Assembly (NCBI GenBank): GCA_051362555.1
Contig: CM120641.1
Span: 42,166,401 to 42,230,400 of the forward strand
DNA length: 64,000 nucleotides
From: Lingula anatina
Lineage: Eukaryota > Animalia > Brachiopoda
Direction: 5' to 3'
Shown here: piece after piece, positions 39,987 to 53,891 of the stretch
Numbering within the stretch: the stretch's first letter is position 1
Layout of the letters: the number at the start of each line of letters is the position of its first letter
Position numbers and translations under genes: made by a program
Notes under the pieces: model-generated
Database searches by the model: none
What the model saw: only the letters and a program-made list of their open reading frames with translations
Told to the model about the DNA's origin: nothing

Positions 39987-40068
39987 CTGTGTTAACTTCA
40001 ACACAGTGGAGACCACAGAGAAAAGACTGTATTAACTTTAACACAGTAGCGACCACAGAGAAAAGACT
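39987..40068. repeat. 40-bp tandem duplication
   Basis: ctgtgttaacttcaacacagtggagaccacagagaaaaga followed by ctgtattaactttaacacagtagcgaccacagagaaaaga. Confidence 0.9.
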
Positions 40069-40631
40069 ACCCTCATGACGTAACCCCAGACTAAAACCTT
40101 CATTTTCAGTCAATGGGGGCGAAATGGAGAAGACTGTTACACAACTCTCTTTTACTCATCTTCCATTGATACAGGTATATACTCCAATGTGTCTGTGGTA
40201 CTTCCTCCCATGACATCTATCCGACCCACTCCTCCCACCCTTGATCTTTGGCTATATATTCTATATACATGCCCCATTTGCTATTGTGTGGGTTGCCTAA
40301 CATTACATGGCTTGGTAAAGTTGTATCCGGTCTCATCCCTGCGTAACCAGTAAATCATTTCTGTATCTTTGCTTCAACTGGTCTGTCTGTGCATGGTTAG
40401 TTTCTTAATGTCAAATGTTAAGTTAAGATGCCTGTTACCTTATCATAGGGGTAGAATTAACTTCTATGCAATAGTTGCCCTCTGAGTAAGACAAATGCAA
40501 TTTCCACTTGTAGAATGTGAAAGCACTTGTAAAGTAAAAGCCTACCACTTGCTCTTTAGTTTGCACTAAATAACATAAATGGTTGAACTTTTACAGATTC
40601 TATTCTTTTTAAATGATGAGTACAAAAACTT

Positions 40632-40675
<44 letters not shown>

Positions 40676-43600
40676 GATAATTCAGTCTTTCAAAAATAAG
40701 TACTTCCATTAAAAGTAAACTTCAAGTCACTCAATCATCACTTTAACAATTTCATACTCTTTTACCTGTCTACATTCACGATTTATGTTCAGCGATTTCC
40801 TGTAGTACTAAAGCAGCCATTTTGGCATTTCACTCCATACATCCTGTGTGCGCCTGATCTATCAACTTCTCCAATCTATGCTTTAAAAAAACAACTCACC
40901 TTTCTTCAGCCAACTCTTACATAAACTGTCAGGTATCAGTGCTAATACGATCTCCCAGGGACTCCAATAATTTATTTTTAAAAAAAGATGGCGCTGATCC
41001 TTAGTTAAAAATTCCTGAATGAAAAATCCTTGTCACCATTTGATGCTGAACAGAACATCCATCAACCAGACACCTCAAATTCATCGACTCTATAAACAGA
41101 TCCCTTAATATGGAAAAGGAAAATCTTGGATGTGCATTCCTGAAATTCTATCTCTTTGGCAACTGACTTCCATCGGCCACCCTTGCCCGACTTCCACAAC
41201 CAGTGTATAAACATCAGGTAAAACCACATGGTGGGAGGGGCCTGAACAGTCAAATATGTTCAAGCCACACCTCTGCCCTAAATGACACCTGAGAACTAAC
41301 TGAAGAAGATGAGCATCAGATGATAAGGACCACCTCCATAACATGACTGACAGAAAGAAGGAGATGATGATGATGATGATTAAGGCTGGGAGAAAAATAA
41401 TCGACTCTCAACCCCATGTTGTGAAACGTGGAAAAGGTGTCGAGAACCAAAAGGAGATTATCCCCCCCCCCCTCTTTATCCACCTAACTGACAGGTTAAA
41501 GTTGGAGAAGATGCTGAGACACAGGCTTACAGCCTTAAGCAAAAACACCTGGATTAACTTAAGGCCAGGTAGAGGAAATGAACTGCCAGTGCAAATTAAC
41601 TGGAAAACCAGGCCACTATTGGTCATTCAGTAAAACCTTTGCCTGGAGAAAAGCAAGCAATCATATCAAGAATCCCATACACCCAGGTATATTGCAGCAA
41701 TTGGGAAGAGGTATGGTACACCCAACAGGGATGGTATTTCCAACTCCTCAAAATGGTTTTTATGGCTGTTTGTTCTTCTATATAGATCTGCTAATTAAGT
41801 TATCTGCTAATTAAGTTCGCAAAACATGCTTAAACATCTTTCACTCTTTTGAGCTTCTACACATATTCCACAAGTTCAACGTGCCATTTTTTAAATAACA
41901 AAACACATCTCCCAAGCTTCAGTTATGTTTGACTCTTATATCAATTGATAAAATGGTCAAAACAAAATTAATATTAAGTTTCATTACGATCAGCCAAAGA
42001 ATGTACTATTTCTAGAACTAGATCAAAAATTCAAGCCCCTGGCAAAATCACACCAAATTATTACTTTCAGAGACTGCATACATGTGTGCAATGTGGTCCA
42101 TTCAGTGCAGGTCAGAATATTTGACCACAGGTCACAAGCAAAAAGTATAAATCACGTCTATACCTGGCACAGGATCCCGATACCATACCATACCAACAGG
42201 TACAGTGTCCATATGTTAATGCATTAGTGTTCAATATATGGAGATCATGCCAAAATAAATAACCGCATTTTGAGGGGTTTGAGTATTAATCTAATTGTCT
42301 GCTCCTGAAATTAGATTACTAAATAATTGGTAACTTAGGGTAAAACTTAAAAGAATGAAGAACAGAAGTATGTAAGAGCCTTGGTACCATGCACAAACAG
42401 TGTAATACCATACAATTAACAGAATTTTTTATCTAAAATAATCAAAATCAGACATGAAATGGAGAAATACGCTTTCTCGCTTTCTGGTCTAATCTACTTA
42501 ATATTTTTGGCAGTGTGAGTGATGAGCAACAGTTATTCATGGCATTTCAATGTGTACAGGTATTTTAACTAAGCTGCTCCCTTACTCTTTCACACACTGA
42601 ATCACATCATTATTCCAATCAAGTCACGTTCCCCACAGGCTCTTGGTAGATCTGGAACTAATCAGACAAGCAGATGGATTATCCCTTTCCTCACCTGAAT
42701 CATGAATGTATGTCATGACAGATCTATATGTTATCCTCCATAGGTGAGTTCTACTTCTCTGGCTCACTCTAGTATCCCTTTCCCCATCTCAATCACAAAT
42801 GCATGCCATGATGGAATTATATTTTACCCTCTGTAGGTGAAATTTTCCATTTTTGTATTTCATACACATTTATTAACAAATATAAAACTGCAAACAGAAA
42901 AACCTGCATATTTTAGATGCAAGCACACAAGTCAATTAATGGAGATGTAGATGGGCAGGTAAAGGGAGAGATAGACGGACGGACAGAAGGGCACTTCTAA
43001 AACATATACATCCAACTGGATGATTCTTTTATCAGTTCTAACATGTGTCGCACTGATGTTTGTTCTGATAATTGAAACGGTAACACGATAACTGTTATCA
43101 AATTATCTCACTGGTACTATCACCATCTTGTTCCTTATAAGAACTGTGTTCTACAACCAAAAACATTAATACTGCACCCAAGTGATCTCGATCTGGTCAT
43201 TAAAAATTCAACACAAACACATCTGATGGAATTGTTTTATCTTTTCTAGGAATCAAGAACCAGCTTTTTCTAACTGGCTGATAGCATCACTCTTCTTCGT
43301 GTTTCTAAGGACAAACACATTATTTCACAAATGAAGGGTGTTTAGTGGCACTATTTTCATCAACAAGTTATATTTAGCTTTATGATTCTCTTTTTCCAAA
43401 GAAGCACTCAATTTTTTTAATTTTCTTAATCTTGTACATCAATCAAGACCACATCATGCTGTCAGTGGAAAAGATGAGAGTTTCAGCTGTGGTTATTTCT
43501 TAATGGGAAGGAAGAGGGACTAACATGAACAAGTCTAGTAAAATGATGGTTACTGAAAGAATACAGCTTTATAATTTTGACATCTTCTCAAAACTCAATG

Positions 43601-44102
43601 CCAGAGCATTACAAAAGCCCACTTTTGAACACAAAGACATGGCCACAGAAGTTACTTGAACAATCAATCAAATTTGACTTTACAAGTACTTTATGCGGGT
43701 TCTGTATGATACTTTGCTAAATGGATAGCATCAACCTCTTGGTGACGTAAAATCAGACTGTGAACAAACTAATTGGTAAAAGTCGACTGCTTGACCCTGG
43801 GCTTTGAACTATGCATAATTCAAGTGCAATCAACACGCATACAGGAGATTCAAGTGAATGGAAGCCATGATGCCAGCAGATCATGCCTGCAGTTTTTTTA
43901 CCCCCTTAGCAACCACACAATAACAGAACATCACATTGGTATTCTTACGAGCAACCAGAAAGAGTTAGTGTCCTCCCATATATGTAAATATCGAAGTCTC
44001 AAAGGGTTCAAAAGGGAAGCCTGGCGCCACCATTTTCTACAGAGACAGAATGTAAAACAGATACATGTATTACCTGAGGTTGATAGAGAATATTTTGTGG
44101 TG

Positions 44103-44141
<39 letters not shown>

Positions 44142-46391
44142 TATGGTTAAATATAAAACTAAAGTATCATACATGATCCAAAAACACAACAGAGCGCCAC
44201 ACAGAACATACCCACATTCAAACTAACCCAGGAGAACCCTGATGCTTCAAAGTTAGAGGAAAAATGCCATGGTTTTATAAACGATATTCAGTCTTTACAC
44301 CTAATACCAGAAGCTATATAATTTGCCTTGTGATGATGCCATTACCAAGATGATAAAAACTATGGTAGCTAAGCAAAATGAAGTCATCACAAAACAAAAA
44401 TCTTTCAAATGAAAGGTTATAAAAGGTCTCTATCTGCCAACACAAGAAGCAACCCTAAACATTTTACAGAAGTCACTGCTAATGACAAAATGATGATAAC
44501 TTTTTGACAGGGGCCCTAATGTTTGGATATGACAGAAACCTCAGATACAAAACTGGTAAATGGGATCTTTAATATACTTGTCAAGCTGGGACCTGCAGTA
44601 GTGTATCTGACATTTGATAAACTACTTGGTGCTTGCTGATTTTGAGCAAATGCAAGCCTGACTTAAACAACGTAATCTGTAAGATATATAAGGGTCTTCT
44701 TTAACATATGGATGAGACTGCTATTTAGTGAAAAAGTCAGAAAATATTGCGTGGGGTTCGGGTGCTGCCTAGGCCAATGATATTTTTGGCTCCCAAAAAG
44801 TTTGATATCCACCAATAGTTGGAAAAATCTCATGCCTGTAAACAACATCAATCTATTCAGTTTTAGTTTGAAATTGCTGTTAAACAGCAAACAGAGAGTA
44901 AAATGCTTTCACTACCTTAGGTTTTAACTGTTAATCTATCATGACGTGAAAGTTTACGTAATTTCAAACTTATGCTGCCTTCAAATTTTACTGACATTAA
45001 GGGAGACCCAGATGCTGGTTCCATGTGGATTTTATCCCATAAGTTTGTTTAAGTGAAGACGTAAAACATGTTATTCATTATGTTTTCAAGTAAAAACAAT
45101 ATGGTTATTGCTCACATAGGGTTTCAGCTACTGACTTTGGATCTTCTGTGGCCCTTGAGGAGTTTTGGGTAAAGCAAAACTATGGTGAAAATTTGGTTCA
45201 ACAATCAATGAAAACTTTAAAACACTGAATGATAAAAAACTTTCACTATCAAATATTTTACAAGAAATCAAAGTTTGAATGCGAGATAGATGATTCTATT
45301 TCCATGGGACAAAAAGGTGCAATGTTGCAAATGTTATAAAAAACAACAAGTGATAAAATAAAGACAATGTGAATCTGCCAAACTGAATGCACATCATGGA
45401 AAAATACAACAGTGCCACTAAGGCAACAAAACAGGCATAGAGCTACGGCAGAAAAAAAAAAAATCAGGATGAAAATGAAGTTATTCCTCCTGAAAGCAGC
45501 TGCAAGACCTAAGCAGGATAATCCAATGAGTTCCCGTCCCCAAGGGAGCTATTAGTTTGCATACACAACAAACTCGCTGCAGATAACTGTGCCTGATTAG
45601 TTTTAGAAGAGGCTTGAAAAACCAGTAATGCAGTCACACTGCAGCTGAACTGTGTGCGTAGGGATTAATCCAAATGAATAAAATAGTCCCACAACCTAAT
45701 GTGCCTTATCTAGAGTCAACTCATCAGTGCGGATATTCAATCAAAAAGACCCCGTTATCCAAATAATAGCTGACGTTCCAGCACTTATACCAGCAGAGGG
45801 TGTTGGTAGACCAAGGTGGCATTGATTTTGTGCTCTTCTTCAACATTTTAGAACAACTTTTTCCATGCAAATTTAGCATGTTAATGCATGCAGCAATGTC
45901 TGCAATGTGTGTGTACAAGTGTTTACAATTTCAGTTTTAGCCCAATGTGTGCACGCATGACCCTATTCTTAATTAGATAACCTGGGATCCTAAATTTTTC
46001 TCTATATATGTACAGCTTACCTGTGGATTTTAAACATGGAACATTTTTTACATATTGTATACTAGATCACCTAAATTACTAGCAAGATTCTTTCATCGTG
46101 TACATGTACCTGGTGAAAGCCGATGTGAAAAAAGTTGTGAGCAGCTTAACTAGATGGATACTACCTAAAAATAGCCTTAGCCTCCATATTTCCCTCTCAC
46201 TTCTGCCTCACCTGGCTACAGATGACTGATGCCATAGTGTATATGACCCAAAAAATCTTAATTTGAAGACAGGAAACTCAATATCTTAACTACATCTACA
46301 TACACCTGAAAGAGTCTTCAAATATATGTTATGTTACAATCTTAAAAAGAGGGAGAAAGAAATCCTGAACAAGATGGAGAAGAATATTTAC

Positions 46392-46442
46392 CTTCTTCTG
46401 CGTATCAACAGTCCCTGGAGTTACGTCTGCCACTGATGAATT
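46392..46442 (-). CDS. tns: Candidate alternative exon NSSVADVTPGTVDTQKK
   Basis: tgtgttccaaggtag acceptor, AAG|gtaaat donor, 51 nt, phase 0->0, open in only this frame. Confidence 0.35.
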
Positions 46443-49400
46443 CTACCTTGGAACACAAATCACTCAGCAGACGTTCTTTTACCCTGGCTTTCAGCCAATC
46501 AACTCACAGGATAAACATGTCTTAATTTTGACAGAACTTGCTCCTGAATATTGCAAACTTGCTTCCTCAATGACACATCACCGTCAAGTTTGGAAACAAT
46601 TTTTATGAAATGTTCAAAAACTGCCAACAAATCATACCAGTAATGAAGATGGGATTGGATTCCACTGGTGACTGGGGTGTTACTGTGAGTGCAGGGGCCT
46701 GGCCAATGGGATTCTCCATTACTAATTCAAGCCCCTGTTTCACCTTTGAATCTCGCTTTCTGCCACTGTTAGTAGTTACTGGTAACTACCTCATGATCTG
46801 AACATAACGTGGCAGCTTGCATGTTTTACATCAATAAGGGACGTACATGTAGGAAGCACTTTGTAAGGGGGGGGCAATCTAAAACAATTTGTGCTCACTT
46901 AGCAAGGACAAAAAGTTTGAATTTTATCACCAAGTGCTTTAAAAGTATTTCTTTGTGGAAGCAGACTTCAGTTTCTGGACAATTAACTTCCTTGTTAAAT
47001 TGAGCTTCTTCTACAATTTACTTACTGTCAAAGTCTATGCCTTTATTGAGCTAAATTCCTATAATCTAAACTATTAGTGAAAAACCTTCAAGTTCATCTC
47101 CAATTACACTTCAATTAAAAATACTCAGTAGTCTGACCAACCATGCACTTCTATGATTTAAACTCTTAAATGTCTTTTATCAGCATCATATATACACAGA
47201 AAATCATAACATCATAAGATACATACCGTACAAGCAATGAGACTAAAATGCTGAACCCCACCCCACCCCTACCCTAACCCTTGTCTCTGTGAACCAAAAC
47301 AGGTTTGAAAGTCATGTCAACATGCAGGTTTCATACAAAATTGAATTCAGATCAACAGAATACCTATCACAGATAGTTCCACTACCTTACTCACTTAGGT
47401 ATAACTTAAACTCCATATCATTATCTGTACCGTCCACCTCAGTACACACCACACAATGTGAAGGCACTCTATGGACCCCTGCACTTCATCACAAACACAA
47501 TTGGATGTATACTAGTTCCTTGGAGTGGCACTTATCAGCTGTATTTAAGCCCAAATGTACATGTGGAGTCAGGAAATCAATCAGTCATGTCAGCTAAACT
47601 ACTCTTCTTAATCAGCTTTCACAGTCTTATAAACTACACGACTATTGACTTCCAAACCAAACAGTTTGTCTTGAGATGACCTATCATAATTTTGCCTAAT
47701 TAAAGTTGAAATTTGCTTGTGTTTCTCTCCATTTTGCAAACCACAATATATCATCTTTAAAGCTACTACTGCATCCTCAGAATAAAGCTCAGTCAGCCAA
47801 TCAACTTTATTTTGTAACTTTTTTAAGTAACACAATTCACTCAAAACTCTCAATGACAGTTATAGTGTTTTGCTACACTTTAAAATGATGTAAAGAAGTC
47901 TGTAATGAGATGAGACCATGGGGCATATCGTTCATGAAAGCTGTCAATACCTGACACAATTGCTGTACGTCCTAGGCATCTCCCTGCAGTAGCTGGACAT
48001 GATAATCAGCTCCTTGTACCTCTGTCACATTTATTACCATATAAACTTACATAACCAGAACAGCAAAATTATCACCTTGAAAATGTCACACATGTACATG
48101 AGCTAGGAATAGGCCCTCATGCTGGCTTATTCTCAAACACAGCCTGTGCTTGCATGATTTTGTGCACGGAAGCCTTTTACTCAATCTACACCTTCTCTTT
48201 GCATATGATAAGTAAGGATTAACAGTATCTTTCATGAAGCAATCCTATCAAGAACTCAGATAAACATTTTTGATACTTGTAAGTGTGTTGTTATAGTATT
48301 CCTAAATTGATTGACAACTGAAAATTTGGACAGATTTAGATGTTTTAGCTTTCATTTATCAATAACTGAGTAACTTTATAACTGCTGACAGATTGACTTA
48401 ATTGGCTACATGGCCAGAAGACTGCCTAATTGATTGCCTGATTAACTTAACAACTAACCTACTAGCTGACTAATTGACCAACTGATCATCTATTGAAGTG
48501 TCTTTCTGACTGATAGTTCAATAATAACAATAAGTCATGTTTCATCATCATAGTTCCTGATCAGAAATTATTTAAGGAATTTCTATGTCAACATGACATC
48601 AGATTCCAATTACCACCTTCCTCCTCCACTTCACAAAAAATTGCTAGGGTAATTTGTTTTTCATTTGCCTTTGTCAGAGTAGTCAAGTAGTCTCCACATT
48701 TTCCTATAAATAAGCTCTAATCAAATCTTTTGAAGTGATCGGATACAAGTTCACTTTATTACTTGATGAAACAGACATAACCTCTGTCGCCAAACTTCCA
48801 GCCAAGGTCGTAATTAAAATGTCTGAGTGTATTTGGACTATGATAGGCAAGGCTCCTACATAAGAGTGCACTTCCCCATGGCCAATAAAACCATCAGTAG
48901 CTTCTCGCATATCAATCTCATAAGAGATAACCCCTTGACACAAATGAATGACCTGTACCCTAGCCCTATATCAACAGTCCTCCAACAATTCCAGTAGCTC
49001 TACAATCTGCAAGGCCATTTGCTGTTGTGATGTAATCAAAGTGAATAAATTTCAATGGCACATAAAATAATTGTTTGGGGATCAGAAAATTTTTCCACTG
49101 TACTATTTTTAATTCTCCTCAAAACAATGGTGCATTTTTTCTGACAAAGTTATTTTCAGAGGGATAAAATGAGTTGCACTGATGAAAATAATCACAGACA
49201 GAAAAACATGTAGAAAGAGCAAAAAACAGTGAAAATTTGGCCCTTAAGTAAAAGAAAACACTACCACAAATGCTTGTGCATATATTATCTAATAGTCAAA
49301 TTTAAACAATTTACACAAGTTCACGGTCCACATCATACATGGAGTCTAAGTGCATCTCCCAGCATCATAATCTTTGGTGCTAAACCAATACAAAATCAAA

Positions 49401-49999
49401 ACAGAAGTATCTGTATACAAATTTATACTTGCACTACATCAGAAATGTTTATATACTCTACAAGGCGATGTAATGATTGTATATGTTTATTCAAACTAAA
49501 CAGCTACTGGCCTGCCCTATAGTGACATTTTAACATGTCCAGAATCTAGTCATTACATGTGAAAAGTCCCAACAGTGAATCACATATCACTGACAGACAC
49601 AGGAAATATATAATCAGGGGACCCTGACTCAGCATTACAAACAAGTATTGTTTCACATATTGAGAAAATGAAGCTTGCTGTCTATCAAAGATTAAACAAG
49701 CAAAAGCAATCTACATACCAGAAAAAGTTGCTGGCAGAATTAAAATGATTTTGAAATCTGCTCAGCATGTCAATAACTGTTTCAGAAATGCTCCTTCCGG
49801 TTCATTTTGTCATTTTGCAAATATGTTTGGGGTACCAGATCCTGTCTCATATTTAAACATTGAAAAAAATGTCTTACTGCAAATGCAACAACACAACTGG
49901 CCTCAGCCTAGAGACCAAACTGTCAATCAGTCTGTAAAGTTTCAAGGCCATGAAACAAGAAACTCCCATGCAAAACTATGATTCAGTCTTAAATCTTAC

Positions 50000-50041
50000 C
50001 TGACTTCTGGATGGAGGACGGATATTGACAAACTTCAGCAT
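50000..50041 (-). CDS. tns: Candidate alternative first exon MLKFVNIRPPSRSQ
   Basis: actATG, 14 open codons, strong CAG|gtaaga donor in phase 0 compatible with the exon at 36965. Confidence 0.4.
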
Positions 50042-53000
50042 AGTCCCTATTACAAGAGCCAATAGATTAGATCACAGCTCCTCTTTGGGGCCCTGGGTTA
50101 ACCTAGGGCCTTTTCCCCAGGGACCTACAAGTTTGGCAGAAGTACCTTGATTAAGGAACAAGTCTTAACATCACAGCTCCAAGGTATCTTTCAGATAGGA
50201 CCCAACACAGTCCAGCAGTATCACTTCAAGTCTTCTTACCAGGACAGAGAGAAGAGCACCTATACTACCTTAGGTAATACCTTAAGTAACTCACAGCACC
50301 TAAAGCAATTAACAATTTGTCTTTCTCACTAATGCTGTATACAGCCATTGATTCCATTAGTGTGTTAGTAATGGAATGGAATAAAGATGGAGCGAGAGAC
50401 ATGGGAAGATGAGCAGGTTGAGTATAGAGCAAACATACTTGGTACATATTTGCCACTTTGAACCATTCAAGCAACTGTAAGTTCTAGAACATTGGCTGTC
50501 TATCTAAACCTATGCTATAAAATTAACAGTAAGAGAGTTAAAAGTGATGAGGTGAAACAGGGGTGTGTTCAATTCCTAAGAGAATCTGAAAATTGCCGAA
50601 AATTCCATGAAAGCTGATAGTGCATCCCATTTGGCGTAAAAGATGTCACCGACTGTACTAAATTCTATCTGTTACGGTATAACTAAAATGTTTCTCCATC
50701 ACGCTCCTGTCTGTTGCAATTTTATACAAGGAACACTGTTTACATGGGAAAAGTCATCTAGAGTAGCAAATCAGCCACAGACAAAACCAATTATCATACC
50801 TGTGTTTACATTCTAGGTAAATTCAAGCCAGTTTTCTTAAAACAAACTGCAGGAAACTGTAATCCCAGAAGTAATGAGTATTCTAGGTAACATCCAGAGC
50901 CCCTAGGCTTGATGAAACAGAATGAAAACAGCCAAGAGCTATCAGTGCAAAGAGCAATCAATTCCTTCAAGGGGAATTTAATTATAGAGAGGAATGGCTT
51001 CTTTTTGTCTCTACTTTAACATTTTGTCAGGTTCTTAGAAAGTTTTTCCTGAGGCAAATGTACCAATTCTTGAGGCTGGATGGGATGAACAGATAAATGA
51101 ATTTCAACAACTACCAGGAAATGAGCTTTTATGTATGTTAAATTCTCCATGAAATCTTAGAGTGTTTGACTGTTTAGACTTTAACTGACTACATTTCCTT
51201 ATGAAAAAAAAAATCATCACCCTTTGAAGTCAGAAGCTCACAAAAAAAGCTTACTTTAAAGAAACTTGTCCTCTACAATATTTTTCTTTGCCACTGAGGA
51301 TGATACATTTCTTCAATCCGGGAAAGGGCATATGCTGCCCCTCTATTAACCTGCCAAAGAGATAGCAGGCAAATATATACAGTTTAAAGCCAGTGGACTT
51401 CAGTTCATTAATATCATAAGCCCTATAGGTTAACCTTTGTAAGAGAAATTCATCTATCAGGCTCCAAGAATTATAGGCTCCTGGAAAAGCATCTCACATT
51501 AGTACAATGTAGGCACACCCAATCTCATGTTTTGACTACTCTCTGAAATTTATAGAATGTTTTGAGATCTTTGTACGCAATTTAATATCCATAATCCTGT
51601 AAGGCTAAAATCCTGGTGTCTTCAAACATGCTACAGATTGACTCAAAATTGTTAAACTGACAAAAAATGCCTATTCCTTTCATCATGGCCAAGTTTAGAG
51701 AGCTATAAGAACTACTGGGGAAAAACATTACATGCTAGGTTAGGTCCAGAAAGTGAATACATTAGTGAATCACTAAGCTTTAGATCATCCCATAAGTTTC
51801 TCCATCACAGGTGCTGCTGACCTACGGCCACAAATGTCCACCCACTCTGCCAGTGTGGGCACAGGCTTGCTTCAGTGTTCACGAAGGGAGAGAGTAATTA
51901 CCAATATTTGCCATATTTTTAATCACAGTTTTGACCTTAATTCCCCATTGCTCAGCTGGAGAAGTATTGGTGTCAATCATATAGAGGTTAATTACAAAGC
52001 TTGTTCCATCTTTATTTTGGATACATGGTAATGTATAAAACAGAGAAAAAATAACAAGATCTTCATTAAATCTAATTATAACTTGCTTACAAGAGAGCAA
52101 AACTGACAATAAAACTTGCATGGTTACTTTCCCATCATAGATAATAATAAAACAATATATTTTGTAATTAATAACATGGAAACTGTGCATTGTTGGTTGA
52201 TCAGGTAAATGTCTGCAAACCTAGCAAAGGATTAATTTGAACCCATCATGCCTAAGTCTACTCATTAATAATTTTTTAAAAACCTTCATATTTGTTAAAA
52301 CATTTAGTTGGCATTAATTAAAAGGGTACAATATTGAGATTGGTACATGATAATCAGTTTGATGTTTAAAAAAAGGAAAGGACAGTTGCCATTAACCCTG
52401 AAACTGCAGGAGAGAGTACAATGTAAGTACAGGTGTATTATTAACAGTGAGACATCAAAGGGTTGCCGTGTTTAAGCCTAATCCCAACACACCGGGGTCA
52501 GGAGAGATAAGAAAGATGCAAGCCATTTCTAGGGCACTCAGAACTGAAAATAATACAGTGGCGCTGACTGGAGGGTGAAATCGGAGAGCTGCTCAAAGTA
52601 TAGAAAATACCATAGACTGTTCAGGAGCAGAGTTATTATCAAGAGTGGGTTTGTGACAGTCACTGCCTGGTTAAACGTGCGCCATGTGGCACTGCAGGTG
52701 CATGGAAACCTTGAGGATAGGGATCCTTTAAAAGTTGTTTATATTTCAAGTTAATGACTGCATAGAGTTTCTTTAAAAAAATAACAGCAGCACAGCATTT
52801 GAGTATTTGCCACTTTTAGTCTACCTATATACCATTACAACCCTGCAAAATGAAAACTGAAAAGATTTATTACACACTTCTATAAAAACAAAATGTTGTT
52901 TTCTTATCATTAACAACACAGAATGCTTTTATATTGTGAAGTAATAGGACGCCATCAGTTTAAGAAGCATTGGCTACAGCAAACTAATTACAGGTCATTT

Positions 53001-53853
53001 TACTTTGAAATTTAAAGGTACTAGGGATGAATTCAGGTCTTCTTAAGATGTTCAGAATTTTCCTTATGCAAAATGTTTTTTCTGGACTGGCTTGGAATAA
53101 CTGTAAATTAGAAAAGAAGATAATCACACTAGACTGCCTAGTGGACTGACATCAGCGTATACCATGCAGACTATTACTAAAAGTGCCATGACCTGTCTGT
53201 GACACATAACAATACCAATAAGCTGCTGTGTGCGTAATCACCAGACATAGGACACAGTCTATCATACATAGTTTTGATAAGTAGACCAAGAAGTTATAAC
53301 TTCTTGAGTAGACTAACTCCAGGAAGTGAAAACTGATTGAAGTTGTAATACTGCCCACACTGGAAATCCAAAGTTATCCTCATCTATCATCTCTGGGATG
53401 ATGATAATAATATAGGGGTACAACAGAGTGGTCTTCTTCCTGGATTTTGTTCAAATGCAGCATTACTTTAACAACCCTGGGCATAGTCACGAGTAAACTA
53501 AGACAAATGAAAACATACAATGTGCACCGTTTTAACAGTCACCTTTTGAAAACTGCTTGTTGTATACTATTTAAAAATATCTCTACAGTTTGACTTCTAA
53601 AATAGTAACTAGGTTCACATACTGGTAGCTTATTTGTTGCAACATTTGGGAAACACACACACAAACAAATGCACACGCGCACACACACATGCAACACCTT
53701 TCCTTACATTCCTCAGCCCCCAACCCCCATTCTGCCTTCTCCCTCCCTCTCTCCTTCATCTTTCCCCTCTCTGCCATAAACCCTAAACCTTTACCAAGCT
53801 AGCCAAACCACATAAGCAGAGCTCTACCATATATTTATATATATAACACTTAC

Positions 53854-53891
53854 CTGGGATTCACACTGGAAGTGGCACACATATTTACAAA
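53854..53891 (-). CDS. tns: Tensin exon, C1 domain part: (V)CKYVCHFQCESQ
   Basis: ttttccag acceptor, CAG|gtaagt donor, phase 1->0. C-x4-H-x2-C pattern of the tensin C1 zinc finger. Confidence 0.9.

Noticed and set aside
48704-48952. VIHLCQGVISYEID… as the C1-completing exon
   Set aside because: No pyrimidine tract and no good donor. Exon 36924-36965 fits far better.
50295-50299. Possible 5-nt microexon ctttag|GTGCT|gtgagt
   Set aside because: Frame-shifting with no compatible partner; chance cannot be excluded.
51780-51821. VSSTCDGE… as the C1-completing exon
   Set aside because: Hits a stop codon before any usable donor.
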